DNA of 64,000 nucleotides from NCBI RefSeq assembly GCF_026571515.1, contig NW_026864809.1, positions 124,001 through 188,000 on the forward strand. The letters are read 5' to 3'. This DNA is from Ruditapes philippinarum (taxonomy: Eukaryota). Below the pieces are notes generated by a model. It was not told the origin of the DNA. It saw only the letters and a list, made by a program, of their open reading frames with translations, and made no database searches. Positions 29,008 to 41,635 of this stretch are shown piece after piece; position 1 is the first letter of the stretch; each line of letters opens with the position of its first letter. A program made the position numbers and the translations under genes.

Positions 29008-29970
29008 AACTAGAAATGTGTCTATAGGACACAGATGCCCCCATTCATCCAATGCTTCTAGATGCAATTATATGCCTAGACATTACATTTCTCAAGTGCT
29101 GAATTTGTTTCCATGTATCTCTCTTTTATTTTGTTATAAAAATGACAAACCCAATGATAAATGAACACTTCAATAGTTCAGTTGTACAGGCATGAGCTAA
29201 AAGGGAGGATAGAAACAAAATGAACCAATAGAGAAAGGTAAAAGTTAATCAAAGACGCAAGTGTGTAAAAAGGAATTATTAGATAAAATAATGATTTCAG
29301 AAAATATAACTTGTAATAACAGAGTGAAGGTAAAAATAGAAATACAAAATGGTTGATAAAAATCTGATGTATTACCTAGGCGCACATGCTCATCAACATT
29401 CCTGTAAAGTTTTTTGACTAGCTCCAGGGCTTTTTGAGTTAATATAACTTGTAATAACAGAGTGAAGGTAAAAATAGAAATACAGAATGGTTGATAAAAA
29501 ATCTTATGTATAACCAAGGCGCACATGCTCATCAACATTCCTGTAACGTTTTTTTACTAGCTCCAGGGCTTTTTGAGTTACATGCGGCACAATTATAAAA
29601 TTGAAAACATTTGACATAATTCAAGGACCATAACTCTAACAATTTAATATAAATCTACACGTGAAAGCTCAGGTGCTTAGCCTAACATGCTGATCAACAT
29701 ATATGTGAAGTTTTTTACTCTAGCTCCAGCAGTTTTAAAGATAAAGGCGACACAAGTTGAAAATTGCAAATTTTGACTAAGTGAGGGGCCATTACTCTAA
29801 CAATTCCAAATTAATCCACATTTGAAACCCCGGGTGCATCAACATTCCTGTAAAGTTTCTTGACTCTATCTTCAGTACTTCAGATACAGGCGACACAACA
29901 TTTTTGGACGGACGGGTAGACAGCTGGACGAACAAGTGCAAATATAAATGCCCAACTCTGAGAGGCATAA
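29008..29970 (-). mobile_element. HINE-like element with a tandem internal duplication of about 137 bp (29305-29580)
   Basis: aactagaaatgtgtctataggacacagatgccccc hairpin end; (GGAC)n-like tract and atgccc...ggcataa at the other end. Confidence 0.7.
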
Positions 29971-31273
29971 TTATACGATCAACAAGGTATATGTACAATG
30001 TTTGGTTTACATCAACATTAAATAAAATCTTTGAACAAAATTGAAAAACAAAATCATTTATTACAGGGGGGGAGGGGGGAAACAATTGAAAAAAGTTAAA
30101 CACAGCAATGTTATGGTTCTTGGTTACTGCAATTCCTCTGAGTGATCTTTACATCTTTTTTCAGTTAAATTAAATTATTTCCCCTTTGTCTCGGAATATG
30201 AGTGACAGATGAATGGACAAGGTGACCAGTATGTACACTCTATCTCAATAAGGAGTATAATATACATGTCATAATTTTGTAAGTAGTCAATAATTGTTAA
30301 AAGATAAGTATCTTGTACCACAGAATGCACTTTTGTACATGTGTCTATAAAAAAGTTTAATTTCTTTCGTATTAAATCATTCATGTGACATAATTAATAT
30401 AAATCATATTCAAAAGTTCCACTGAAGGTGATTCAATCTCTATCACTCCACTTTCAAATATTTGAAAATGGAGTTTTCTGATGTGAAAATTGATCTAAAC
30501 CTATATTTTATTTTGTTTCATCAGTGAACCAATAATAATTACAATTAATTGCCTTGATAAAAGAAGAGTATAATAATATGCCAAACATGATTTTGGTAAA
30601 AACAAAAGGGCATATAACTAAGAAAATAATAATCTTCTGACGCCAAATTGAATGAAAAGACCAAATAGATTTAAACTTCCTATGAGAGTTATAAAACACA
30701 GTGCATTGTTACATCGCATTGATATTTCAAGTTCATGTTAATTTATCTACCGGTTCCTGAGACGGAATGATATTGGATAGGACATACAATAATAAACTTG
30801 TAGCAAGTCATATCAATTTTTTGAGAAAAAAGATGACTGAACCTGAAAAAAAGTCATTTATGAAGCAGGGTCATTGTAAGTCAACTTGAAAGTATATCCT
30901 CAAAGAATGTTGTGTCCATGTATATAGACAAATTCATTTATAGATAACTTAGCTATAGCCACTTAGGTACATTTTTGGTGATATTTTCTAACCTATAAAA
31001 TTCATATAATTAACTAACTAACTAACTAAAACTGTCAAAGTTATGAAACTTTACACGCATACGCACACACGCATGCACACGCGCACACACACAGATGCAT
31101 TGTAATTTTATATTGAAATGCCATTTTTGTCCAGGTTTTATAATTTCCATATACTAATTGCAAAGTATAATCACAGCAAAAAAGTGAGAATGTCAAGTCA
31201 AAGTTAAGTTTGATCTTCATAAATGTTTTGCCCTAAAAGATGTTGAGTCTAAATATGAAGACAGTCCATTTAT

Positions 31274-31835
31274 AAACTAGAGCTGCCACAGGTGTGACGA
31301 ATACCCCACATAATCTCTTTGATACAGCCTATTTGGTAGTATAATTTATAAATATTTTTAAATGAAAACATTTACTTCAAAGGTGACCTTAATTTTGCAC
31401 AGAAATGGAATGGGTTCTGCACATTACCTTATTAATGCAAACATTAAAATCAAGTTAAAAAATTCTTCAGAATAAAAGTATTTCTACATAAATTGTCTGA
31501 TAATTGAACTTTGCCTTTACATTGAGCCTGCAAGGTCGTGACATAGGTTCTACCCATTGCAATGCATAGGTATGATCCAAATTTTATGGAAACCTATGAA
31601 GGGGTAAAAAACTTTCAGAGCAAACACAAAATCGGATGACATTTGACCTTTGACCTTTAAGGGTGACCTTGACCCAAAGTCAGCACAAAGTGGTATGAGT
31701 TTTATATAACACCTTATCAATTTGTCAAGGTTGAAGAAAATTTTCGAATTGTAAAAGAAGTACTGAAGAGCATTAAACTTGTTTGATCTCAAATTGTTAA
31801 CTTGACTTTGAACCAGCAGAGTGGTGACATGAGTT
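31274..31835 (-). mobile_element. HINE-like fragment
   Basis: aaactagagctgccacaggtgtgacgaataccccc end; tgacctttgacct / tgaccttgaccc motifs. Confidence 0.6.
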
Positions 31836-31849
31836 CTCTCCGCTGCATG

Positions 31850-32490
31850 GCCGTCGACATGTCCTTATCTGAAAAATATTTGTAGTTTGCGTACAGTGAC
31901 ATTTTCAGTTCCTCGATCACTCATTATTGTTGGAACGATCCCGCCTAAGCTGGTTATGGTGTCCAAGTAGCATGCATTTTGCAATAATCTGTGGATCATT
32001 ATTACTGGTTGCAACTTCAAGACACAGAGTTTTACGGCTGTATCTTTCTACGGCCCCATGAATTGCAAACCCAAAAGGTTTTTATCGTATCCATCGATGT
32101 GCCATACGCGGCTTGGACCCGGACACGAATACTTCCTCTGCAGACGTCGCTTACGTTTTCTTCTTTCCATGTCATCTTGATGTGCTATCCGCATGAATCT
32201 TACAACCGTTGAACGATATACATTTACCACTCCCAGATAGTTCTGCAAGAATTGCACGAAAAAATATCTTCATTATTCGATTCTACTGTTCGACTATGAA
32301 ACACTAGTTTCTTTACGATTACTTTTAAGTGACGATAACTAACTTTTATTCCATCAATCAACAGAAGACTAGCTAATATCTCCCACCGAGAAATAATGAA
32401 CTATCAAATTCATCATCGTTTCTTTATTTACAATACGTTCTCCTATTGCCAATGCAGTCAACGCCATAGAAATAACACCAGCATCTGCAA
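31850..32490 (-). pseudogene. Degenerate IS3EU transposase (right arm, inverted)
   Basis: RSTVVRFMRIAHQDDMERRKRKRRLQRKYSCPGPSRVWHIDGYDK; homologous to the left arm, with frameshifts and an internal deletion. Confidence 0.85.
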
Positions 32491-32857
32491 TCAGATAACA
32501 ATACAATTACCTACTATATTATATTTTGTACACGCAAATGCAATTCTGACAAACAGATGCGCAGATTGAACCCTGATGAATATTTTAAAGAGTATCTAAA
32601 AAAACAACATTTGGTTTAGACCCCGGTTTCCAATTCAGAATATAGGCAGATTTATGTGTTCTAGATCCCAAAGTATTTTCATTTTAAACCAACTAATATG
32701 AATAATTTTCCTACTAATACTTTTAACCTATTTATAATGAAAATAATGATATATTTTAAACTTATATAAGTAAAAGATCACTAACCATTTTGTTCACGCA
32801 ACTTCTAAGCTATCCAATATGGCGACAAATGACGTCACGATCACGTGGCATATACCT

Positions 32858-33403
32858 TGAAGTTGAAATCTGGAAGCTGAAATCGTGAATTCGTGAAGTT
32901 GAAATCGTGAATTCATGAAGTTGAAATCGTGAATTCATGAAGTTGAAATCGTGAATTCGTGAAGTTGAAATCGTGAATTCATGAAGTTAAAATCGTGAAT
33001 TCATGAAGTTGAAATCGTGAATTCACGAAGTTGAATTCGTGAAGTTGAAATCGTGAATTCATGAAGTTGAAATCGTGAATTCGTGAAGTTGAAATCGTGA
33101 ATTCATGAAGTTGAAATCGTGAATTCGTGAAGTTGAAATCGTGAATTCATGAAGTTGAAATCGTGAATTCACGAAGTTGAATTCGTGAAGTTGAAATCGT
33201 GAATTCATGAAGTTGAAATCGTGAATTCGTGAAGTTGAAATCGTGAATTCATGAAGTTGAAATCGTGAATTCGTGAAGTTGAAATCGTGAATTCATGAAG
33301 CTGAAATCGTGAATTCATGAATTCCGTATGTTGAAAATGTGAATTCACGAAGTTAAATATGTGTATTCATGAAGATGAAATCGGGAATTCATGAAGTCGA
33401 AAT
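32858..33403 (-). repeat. Same 22-bp tandem repeat, inverted (right arm)
   Basis: (GAAGTTGAAATCGTGAATTCRT)n, more homogeneous than the left array. Confidence 0.95.
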
Positions 33404-33441
33404 GGCCCTACCGGTCTTTCGTAGATTTCTCATGTAACTGT

Positions 33442-33654
33442 TCACTTCCAAAAACATGACGTAAAACGTGTTTCATCGTAATTTAGTGTACTCGTCGCAT
33501 CAGTTGTCTTGTTGGTATGTACCGATCTATGCCAGATATTGAACATATAACAGTCTAGGCATGGATGACCAACTTCATTCATAGATGCTACAATAACCTC
33601 CATAAGCACATTCACAAGCACAATTAAGCCACCTGTGTTTAATATTATATTCAT
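33442..33654 (-). pseudogene. Paralog 2 of the same exon with the donor lost, reading through to a stop (70 aa); pseudogene or truncated peptide
   Basis: MNIILNTGGLIVLVNVLMEVIVA-SMNEVGHPCLDCYMFNIWHRSVHTNKTTDA. The position equivalent to GGG|gtaagt reads GCG|acgagt. The large IS3EU-type insertion lies just downstream. Confidence 0.65.
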
Positions 33655-35459
33655 ATTTGCATTTTACATACTAGTAGTTTGTTTCTTTATAATGCTAAAG
33701 TCAGTTCCTTGCAGTCAAATGAACAACCTCTTTTCACTATTTCTTATTACTTGTATTTAATTTTGTAATATTTTTCCCCGTTTATATTGCAAATAACCTG
33801 TTATATACGGCCATATAACCTGAGAAAAAGTGAGATTTCTTCATTAATTGACAGCAGCCATGTATATAAAACTTTATGAAAGTCATGATATTATACAATG
33901 AAAAACAAAGTTACAATTGTACAGTATTATAATAAGAAAATAATTTACGGAGCGGCGTATGAACAAACATAGCTGTTAAAGACGTTTAATATTCTTATTA
34001 GCGTCCAACTACTTTATTCGTTGACCTAATTTTCAGGTCATGTTTACGACATTTTAGTAAATGAAATAAATTGATATATTGCGAACAATATATGCAAAAT
34101 AGACTGACAAAATATCCAAATTTAGACATTCTTATTGGATTAAAGAGTAAGGCAAAGACTTACTGAGGTCGGTATTCATCTGATTTACCTGGAATTTAAT
34201 TATTCAGTTCCTTAGATTATTATTTCTACTTATAAGTTCGTCTTATGTTGTAGAACATTAACTGCAACATTTGTCTTATCGAACAAGTGTTTTATTAAGG
34301 AAACAGCTGATTCAAAAGAGAGAAAATACACGTACCAATACAGTTAGACAAAAAATGTGATAATTTATTCATTTTCAATTGTGTAATTGTTATATCAATG
34401 TAACTTGGGTTCAAATGATGATAACATATAAAACAAATATATTTGTCGTTACTTTTAATTAGACAATAGTTACTGTTATATTTCTTGAATACAAGATTGC
34501 AACAAATTTATGAACTTTTAATAAATTGATTCCAATTAAGCATAATTATATTATAACATTTAGTGTTTAAAGGCTCTTAAATCAGTTTTGGAATATTTCA
34601 CCCGTCTTAATGCATGTTTTCTTTTTATGTAATAACGTAAAGGTGTAAATAAAAAAGCAAACAACAATTATATGTAGAAAGGGTGATGAATAAGTTAAGT
34701 TTTAGGAAACTGTACTTAAACTCTTGCAATATCATGTGTTTTATTCCTAAAATCAATGGAACATACGACGGACATTATCCAATTTAATGAATTATTTACG
34801 AACACTGAAAAGGTCTTCCCTGCAATGATACGATACTATATACATTTACAATATATCTATCTTATATATATGCAAGCGAATTCGCAACATAAGTATATCT
34901 TTGACACCATTTTTAAACAACATTCACATGATTTCCCTTCTGGGAATATTGTTGTTTTTGAATTGATATAAGATTTTCATCGATCTTCCGTTGAGTGTTA
35001 CGCAACATGAAGTCATATTATTTTGTTCACAAGCGTCAATTAAGTTTATTAAACCGGAAATAATTGTGATTTAGACCGAAAAGACTCAGTGTCTAAAACA
35101 ATTAAAATTGTAAAAATGACTCTTTTTTGGGGGGGGGAGGTGCTCGTATTTATAATAAAATAAACTTGTCCGCAATTAGTTATCACCATAGGCGTTTTGT
35201 GGTGATTTGTTGTATATAGTGTTTTGATAACCTGGTAAACAAGAACGTTTAATAGTTACGGAATATAATGCATCATGGTATATGTTTTGACACAATAAAA
35301 CCAATCTGAATGTATGAAAACGAAATCAATAAACTTTCTGGCACCTTTGAAGAAATTGCACTTTATTATTCAGTACAAACAATATACGAGTACAAGTAAT
35401 GGTATACATAGGGTTTCAATATATTGTAAAATCATCAAGACAATTAATTAGACTCTTAA

Positions 35460-36060
35460 CCCATTACGCGATATACACGCCTTTTAACGCCTTATTTCAC
35501 CCCCCCCCCACCCTTTTAGTGTCTCTAATGGTGAAAAAATGCCTTATTTAGGCCCCCAATCCTTGTTTTTGTTTGAGAAATGTTGTTTCGGCGCGGTCCC
35601 CCAACCAAAAGATACATCAGGGGTTGCTAGGGGATGTGCCCCCTTCTGTTTGGTGGGTTTGAAGGGGGCGGAGTCCCCCTCATCGCCATGAAAATTTTGG
35701 ACTTGTGAGAGGCTATAAACGACCCCAGATTGGTCATAAGGTAACGTGTAACCAACGCTGAAAAGCATTTAACTCTATCCCAATCCATTGAGAAGTTGTA
35801 GCACTTTGAAATCAATTTTGATGGAAAAAATCAACGCAAAATAATGATTTTTGGCAATTTTAAGATGTCCCCTCGTTCCCATGGTAACAGAAAATTTAAG
35901 CCTGAACATGTTGTTTCAAGGGCAATGGTCCAGTCAACATTTGTGCCAAGTTTGATTAGTGTTGAAGCAGTTTTTATAGTATTATAGCATTTTGAACTTG
36001 TAACGGGAGACTTTTCAATGAAAACATCCATTTTTCACAAAATGCTCATGAAGTAATGGG
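35460..36060 (-). mobile_element. piggyBac-type non-autonomous element
   Basis: TTAA|CCCATTAC...GTAATGGG|TTAA; homologous in opposite orientation to 60741-61362. Confidence 0.85.
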
Positions 36061-37139
36061 TTAATGAATATTGACACAGTAACGTTACATACGTTGTCTG
36101 TTCTACGCGTGTGAACATCAAATAGTTTTGTATTATGCATCATCATGACATTGTAACGAACAAGAATAATTCAAACTTGAGAAATGCATATTTATAAGTC
36201 TGGTAAATGTATACCTGAAGCGTGCTCGCATCTATCTATCTTAACTCTGTTTTAAACTAACTAACATAAAACAGACTTACTTCGCTATGTTCTGAAAATG
36301 TTGTAATTATCCTTCATTTTTGTATCATATTAAAAAAATAATGATAGTTTACGGTTGCGTCATACAAACGTTAAATGCATTACATTTGTGAAAGTGTCAA
36401 AAGAATAATAATCAACTTTAAATAATATGAATCATAATATCGGTTAGGATTTTGATCAGTTTTGTTACCTGCGAAAATTATCAAATATTTAGAAAAAGTA
36501 CTTTATATCACATTTACATTCGATAAACGTAATATCTAAGTAATGCATAACAAAATATCAAATTTTTAACAATTCAGTGTTAAACTATATTGATTTCTTT
36601 GTAAGTTGTATAAGATAAGTATTAAATAACCTTGAAACTACCGAATGTGTAATAAAACACTTAGATAGGCGACTTACAACATATTTTTAGATGAAATTGG
36701 CATTTGACGGAGCCGCAACAGATACGATCCGAGAAGTGTTTAATAAAATACGTGTAAACATTGTTAAGGATATATCAAATGGTTGTTATTCTCTTTGATG
36801 AAAGCAATATACCCATCTTAATTCATACCAGGGAGTGCCGACACTAGCTTCATTATAGAAAAGCGCTATTCATAACTTCTTCTTGAGTATTAAAATTAAT
36901 AATGATATGTGTTGAAACTGGGATATGATAATTTATTGCATATTTAACGTTTATTTTGGTATTTCCTTTTCATTTTTATACTTTGATATCCAAGTAACTA
37001 CTATTGCTCTCTTCAAAGACGAAAAGATGTTAACATTATCTGTATTCATATATTTAAAAATGCATTACACTTGGCATCATTTGAATGATACACCCTGAAG
37101 AAAATATAACAATTTCATATCATAATAGCGTTCACCTAC

Positions 37140-37289
37140 CCCGTCCGACGTCTTGTTTATATGCAAGGACCTCTGTCTAATATTATACATATAGCAATCC
37201 GCACATGGATGACCAACTTCGTTCCTGTATGCTAGAATAATTTCCATAAACTCAATGGTGAAGAAAAATGCAATCAATATTTTATCCAT
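37140..37289 (-). CDS. Paralog 3 exon: MDKILIAFFFTIEFMEIILA-YRNEVGHPCADCYMYNIRQRSLHINKTSDG
   Basis: Same motif; donor GGG|gtaggt at the equivalent position; upstream in-frame ATGs at 37310 and 37307. Confidence 0.8.
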
Positions 37290-40200
37290 CTTTTGTTTGT
37301 GTGCCATCATATTTAAAACGTTTTTTTTTTCTTCTGATTTTTGTTTAATTGAAAGAAGTCAATATTAATGGATCTTATGTTAGATCATCAATCGCAACTT
37401 AAATACAGAACACATGATTCATGTTATAGTACTTTAAAACACTATGTTACAGTAATTAAGTGTCATCAAATCGTGTTTCATTGATTACTTTCCAACATAA
37501 CTTCAAACTGTAATTTAAAAGTATGTCACAGTTTTAACCATTTAGTAGCCGCAACAATAATGCTTTGCTTTTCATGTGTCATCCAAACTAAATAATAGGT
37601 TACTTTCTTCAACGATATCTAATAGAATCTGCAATACATGTAACTAATTTTAATTCAGAGCATATATAGAGAAAACGTGTTTCTTTATACATAATCCTTA
37701 CTAAGTATAACCTTAACTAGCTTTGAGTGATCATTTAGATTCAATGACCTTTTTTGTTCAACAATCGAAAATTTCTATTCATTTAGAGCCCATTTCTCTG
37801 GTATCATTGAATCAGATAGTTTCAAGTTCTTACTTCCTTACTATAGCAAGGATTGCTATTCGATATTTGTATCTGGTCCAAATCACACATTACTAGATTG
37901 CTCTGATTCTGTGTACAAGCTTCTACCACTCTAGTTATACATGCCGCTTTATTTGTTAGAATATTATACAACTTATAGGAGTTTCACTATAATTGTTATC
38001 AGATGTTTAGAAATTATAAATTGTTTTTCCCCCAAGTTTTTGGAATGTTTGACAGTGGTTCAAACAATGTCTTAGCTTTGTAATAATCAACAAATAATAA
38101 TTGTGTTTTTTATAGAAATCAAAGATATATGTGTTTGAACTTAAATATTTTAACTATATGTTTGAAAAAAAAACAACATTAATTAATACAATATTAATAG
38201 TTACACCAAGAATATGGCAATAACAAGGACGCCTTATTGCTGGATATAGAGGTGTTTCTTGATATCCCAGTATCAAAAATAGTGCATATATTATTATCCT
38301 CATATATTATGTACATAGCAGCTTGACTTGTAAAATTATATATGTTGTGTTTTTTTCGTGCAAAATAAGTTAACATAAACAATCATTAGTTCGTAAAAGT
38401 TCACAAAAAATATAGACTTTTATTGCCTTATGCTTTAATACATTTAAAGTCAGTCTTTGTTAGCATAGACACTGTTTCCTAAAAGGTATTTGTTTAGGGT
38501 ATAATCAGATTAATTTTTATTGCATTTTCTTTTTATTTATAACATAATTTTTTACTTATTCACTTATTTATTTATTTATGTATTTTATTTTCTATTTTTT
38601 TATAAATCTCCAATTTTAATATTTTACCATGTCAAAAACATGAATCATAGTTATGCAACAATTTTTACATTACGTCATTGTGTAATAAATAAATATAATT
38701 CCAAACATGTGAATACAAATGTCAATAATAAGCACATATACATAGTATGTTGATTCGCATTACCAAAGTTTACCGACTTTTTTAAATATTTGATTTATAC
38801 TCACAACAGCAGATGTCAAGTGTTGTGTTGATGCTGTAAAAGGATGCCCAGGACTTCACTTCAGTGTTGTTATGTTTTTTTATGCTATGGTCCTTCGGTA
38901 TCATTTATTCCAATACTTAATTGTGTTGTAGATTGCATACTTCCCAAGCCGTTGCTATGGGTGGTGACGTGGGTGATGTTGCTGTTTTTGTTTCTGTCGT
39001 GAACAGACTCAATCAAACTGAGTCTGTATTGTTTCCCTATAAAACTTTGCTTCAGAGGAATTCACGTATTCTAGACTTATATTTTTTTAATTCAATATAA
39101 TATATAAAAACGAGAAGGTTGTAGGTTTAAGTTCAAATATTGTTTTATATACAGACGTGCCAAAATACATATCGATATCAGATGATCTATAATGTACTTG
39201 TATATGATGTACCTACTTGATTCTGATTAAATGAATTATTTACAGAGACCACATTATCATTAACTTTCACGCAATGCTCCCTTGACGTGTCAAATACACG
39301 TATATTGAAATAGTAACTAATCAAAACCATGCAACCTTTAGATTAAGTCTGATTTAATTTGAATAAGATATTATTTCGTAGAAAAGATTGAATAAGAAAT
39401 AGTTATGTACATTGAAAAAAGTATGTCTTTAAGAATTTCTCTTACATCACTACTAACTCAGATAAACACTTTATACATTTAATTCATATCACTGGACGGG
39501 ATAGATAATTAATGAACCCTTTTAGGCTGCTAACACTCATTTAAATTATTCAGGGTGCCACAATAAAACTGTTATGCTTTTGGAACAGATTCCCATGCTG
39601 ATTCACCTTTGTTTTAACTTTCTTTTTAAGAAAATATAGTGTTTACTCTAGTTGAATATTTCTATTTGGCGTCCGCGCCGAAGCGCGACGCCCTTTAAGG
39701 AATGAGAAAGGGCAATTGCAACTTCTCGGGCCTTTTCGTCTTTTTTAATAGCCGACCATTAGGAAAAACAGCGAACTGGAGAATGCAAACAATTAATTGC
39801 ACTCTATATAAATCTATAGAAAAAAATTTTAAAAAGGCCATTTTTTACGAATTTTTATGTCATAGTATTATCATTTTGAAATTGTAGGTCTCTCCGATTT
39901 TGATTGCAATTATGACATTTTTACCGTATATATTTAAATAGACATAGTTCATAATTTTAAATGTCGCTTTTATTTTGACGTTGTGTGACATTTAACAGGT
40001 CTGACAGTAGTATACTATTAAACCTATTCGCTGTTCAAGTCTCTTGTTGTTTGAAGGCAATCGATTTTATGGTAGTTTGAGTGGAATGTTCATTTGCCGA
40101 ATATTGTGACATTTTAACAACAGAAACGTTCGTACACTTTTAACATGAGTTGTTATGGGTTAATTGATAGGAATGTAAACACATTGGTGGGTCAGACGAG

Positions 40201-40714
40201 GTTTTGAAATACCACATGAACTTGAAATTCTATCAAATAACCAATATTAATGATAATATCCAAAAAACCCTCTATATAATATAAATAAATTTATACCATA
40301 TAGATCTAGTGGCATATATTTCGGATATTATAGACCTGTATATTTTGAATATTATCGTTAATATTGATAGAACTTCCAGTTCCTGTGGAAAAAACATTCA
40401 ATATTCTAATCTCTAGCATGCCTACCAAAGTTCATGATGAACAATGTCTTTTGTCTGCCCATTCATAAATGATATACAATTCCGGTAAAAACCAATTAAC
40501 CATTGAAAAGTTTATAAGAATATCTGGTCATCAGATGTCTACTCGTTCATCACCACTTGCTGCATTTCTTGCTTGGACGCCAATTTGATGCTTTGCATCA
40601 ATGCTTTTCTTGTTCTGAATACTTTGAGTAGACTATCATAGTCATTTTATGTTAAAATATATGTGTGCGCTAGTTCATTATATTTTATCACTATAGTACA
40701 TTAAAAGTAGTATA

Positions 40715-40862
40715 TATATTATATTATATAATATAATATCATATTAGTATTTATATTATATAAGTATTTATATTATATTACATTAGTATTTATATTATAC
40801 TATATTACATTAGTATTCATATTATATTATATTACATTATCATTTCATATCATATTATATTA
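40715..40862. repeat. Low-complexity (TATTA)-like tract
   Basis: Directly visible. Confidence 0.85.
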
Positions 40863-41509
40863 AAATGTTTTATATAATTTTGTATATCTTAGGCAGTTTT
40901 TATATTCTTTATCCTGAACATTTTCATCAATGATCGGTCATTCGCCACTATGATAGTCATTCTTTTCACATACTTTGTAAATACAAGTCAACTTGACAGC
41001 GAACAGGATATGCATAACTTCACTTTAAGCATATGTTACAAATTTTGTGACGGGTGTTATTATGATATCTTCATTGTAAGCAATTTATCAGTTTGGGTAT
41101 ATATTTGTATACCCATATTTATATAAATATATTGACTAAGAAATTTACACATTTTTCTGAACAAACCTTACAAAAAGAAAACACTTTTTCCAAGAATGCC
41201 TTGAAAGTTTCGATTTATTGTGATTCTTAAGTACAGGGAATTATGAGTCGGTACCATAAAATAGACAATTTCCATGGCTTTAACTTCCTTTTTATAAAGA
41301 CATTTTGATATCGGACTAGAATACAAAAATAATGAAGACGAAACTCCGTCATGGGAAGGTGGTATGCTTGTTTTCCAATCCATATATACTCGTATTGTGA
41401 TCTAAAATGATATGTTTATTAAATATGATAAAACTAAATTAATACAAATCATAGTTTTTTATGTCTTTGTTTCCTATATATCTCATCATTTAATACATCA
41501 TGAATAATA

Positions 41510-41635
41510 CTATATCTGACAAGTGTCTGTTCTTACAGACTTGAAAAACGTCGTTTTCAATTGGTATTTCAATCAATCAAAACGAATTTCCGCTTTCACT
41601 TTACTCAACGAATGAATCGAGTAATGGTGTTTGAA
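41510..41635 (+). repeat. Block repeated at about 48900-49020
   Basis: Shared tgttcttacagac...aaaacgaatttccg...acgaatgaatcgagtaatggtgttt. Confidence 0.75.

Larger units (their letters stand above)
24243..33423. mobile_element. Composite/foldback IS3EU-type DNA transposon, about 9.2 kb
   Basis: Inverted ends TACGAAAGACCGGTAGGG...CCCTACCGGTCTTTCGTA; direct repeat GATTTC at 24237-24242 and 33424-33429; each arm of about 1.6 kb carries a transposase relic. Confidence 0.8.

Noticed and set aside
35544-36031. ORFs similar to 60770-61021
   Set aside because: The similarity comes from two copies of the same non-autonomous piggyBac-type element; no transposase motifs.
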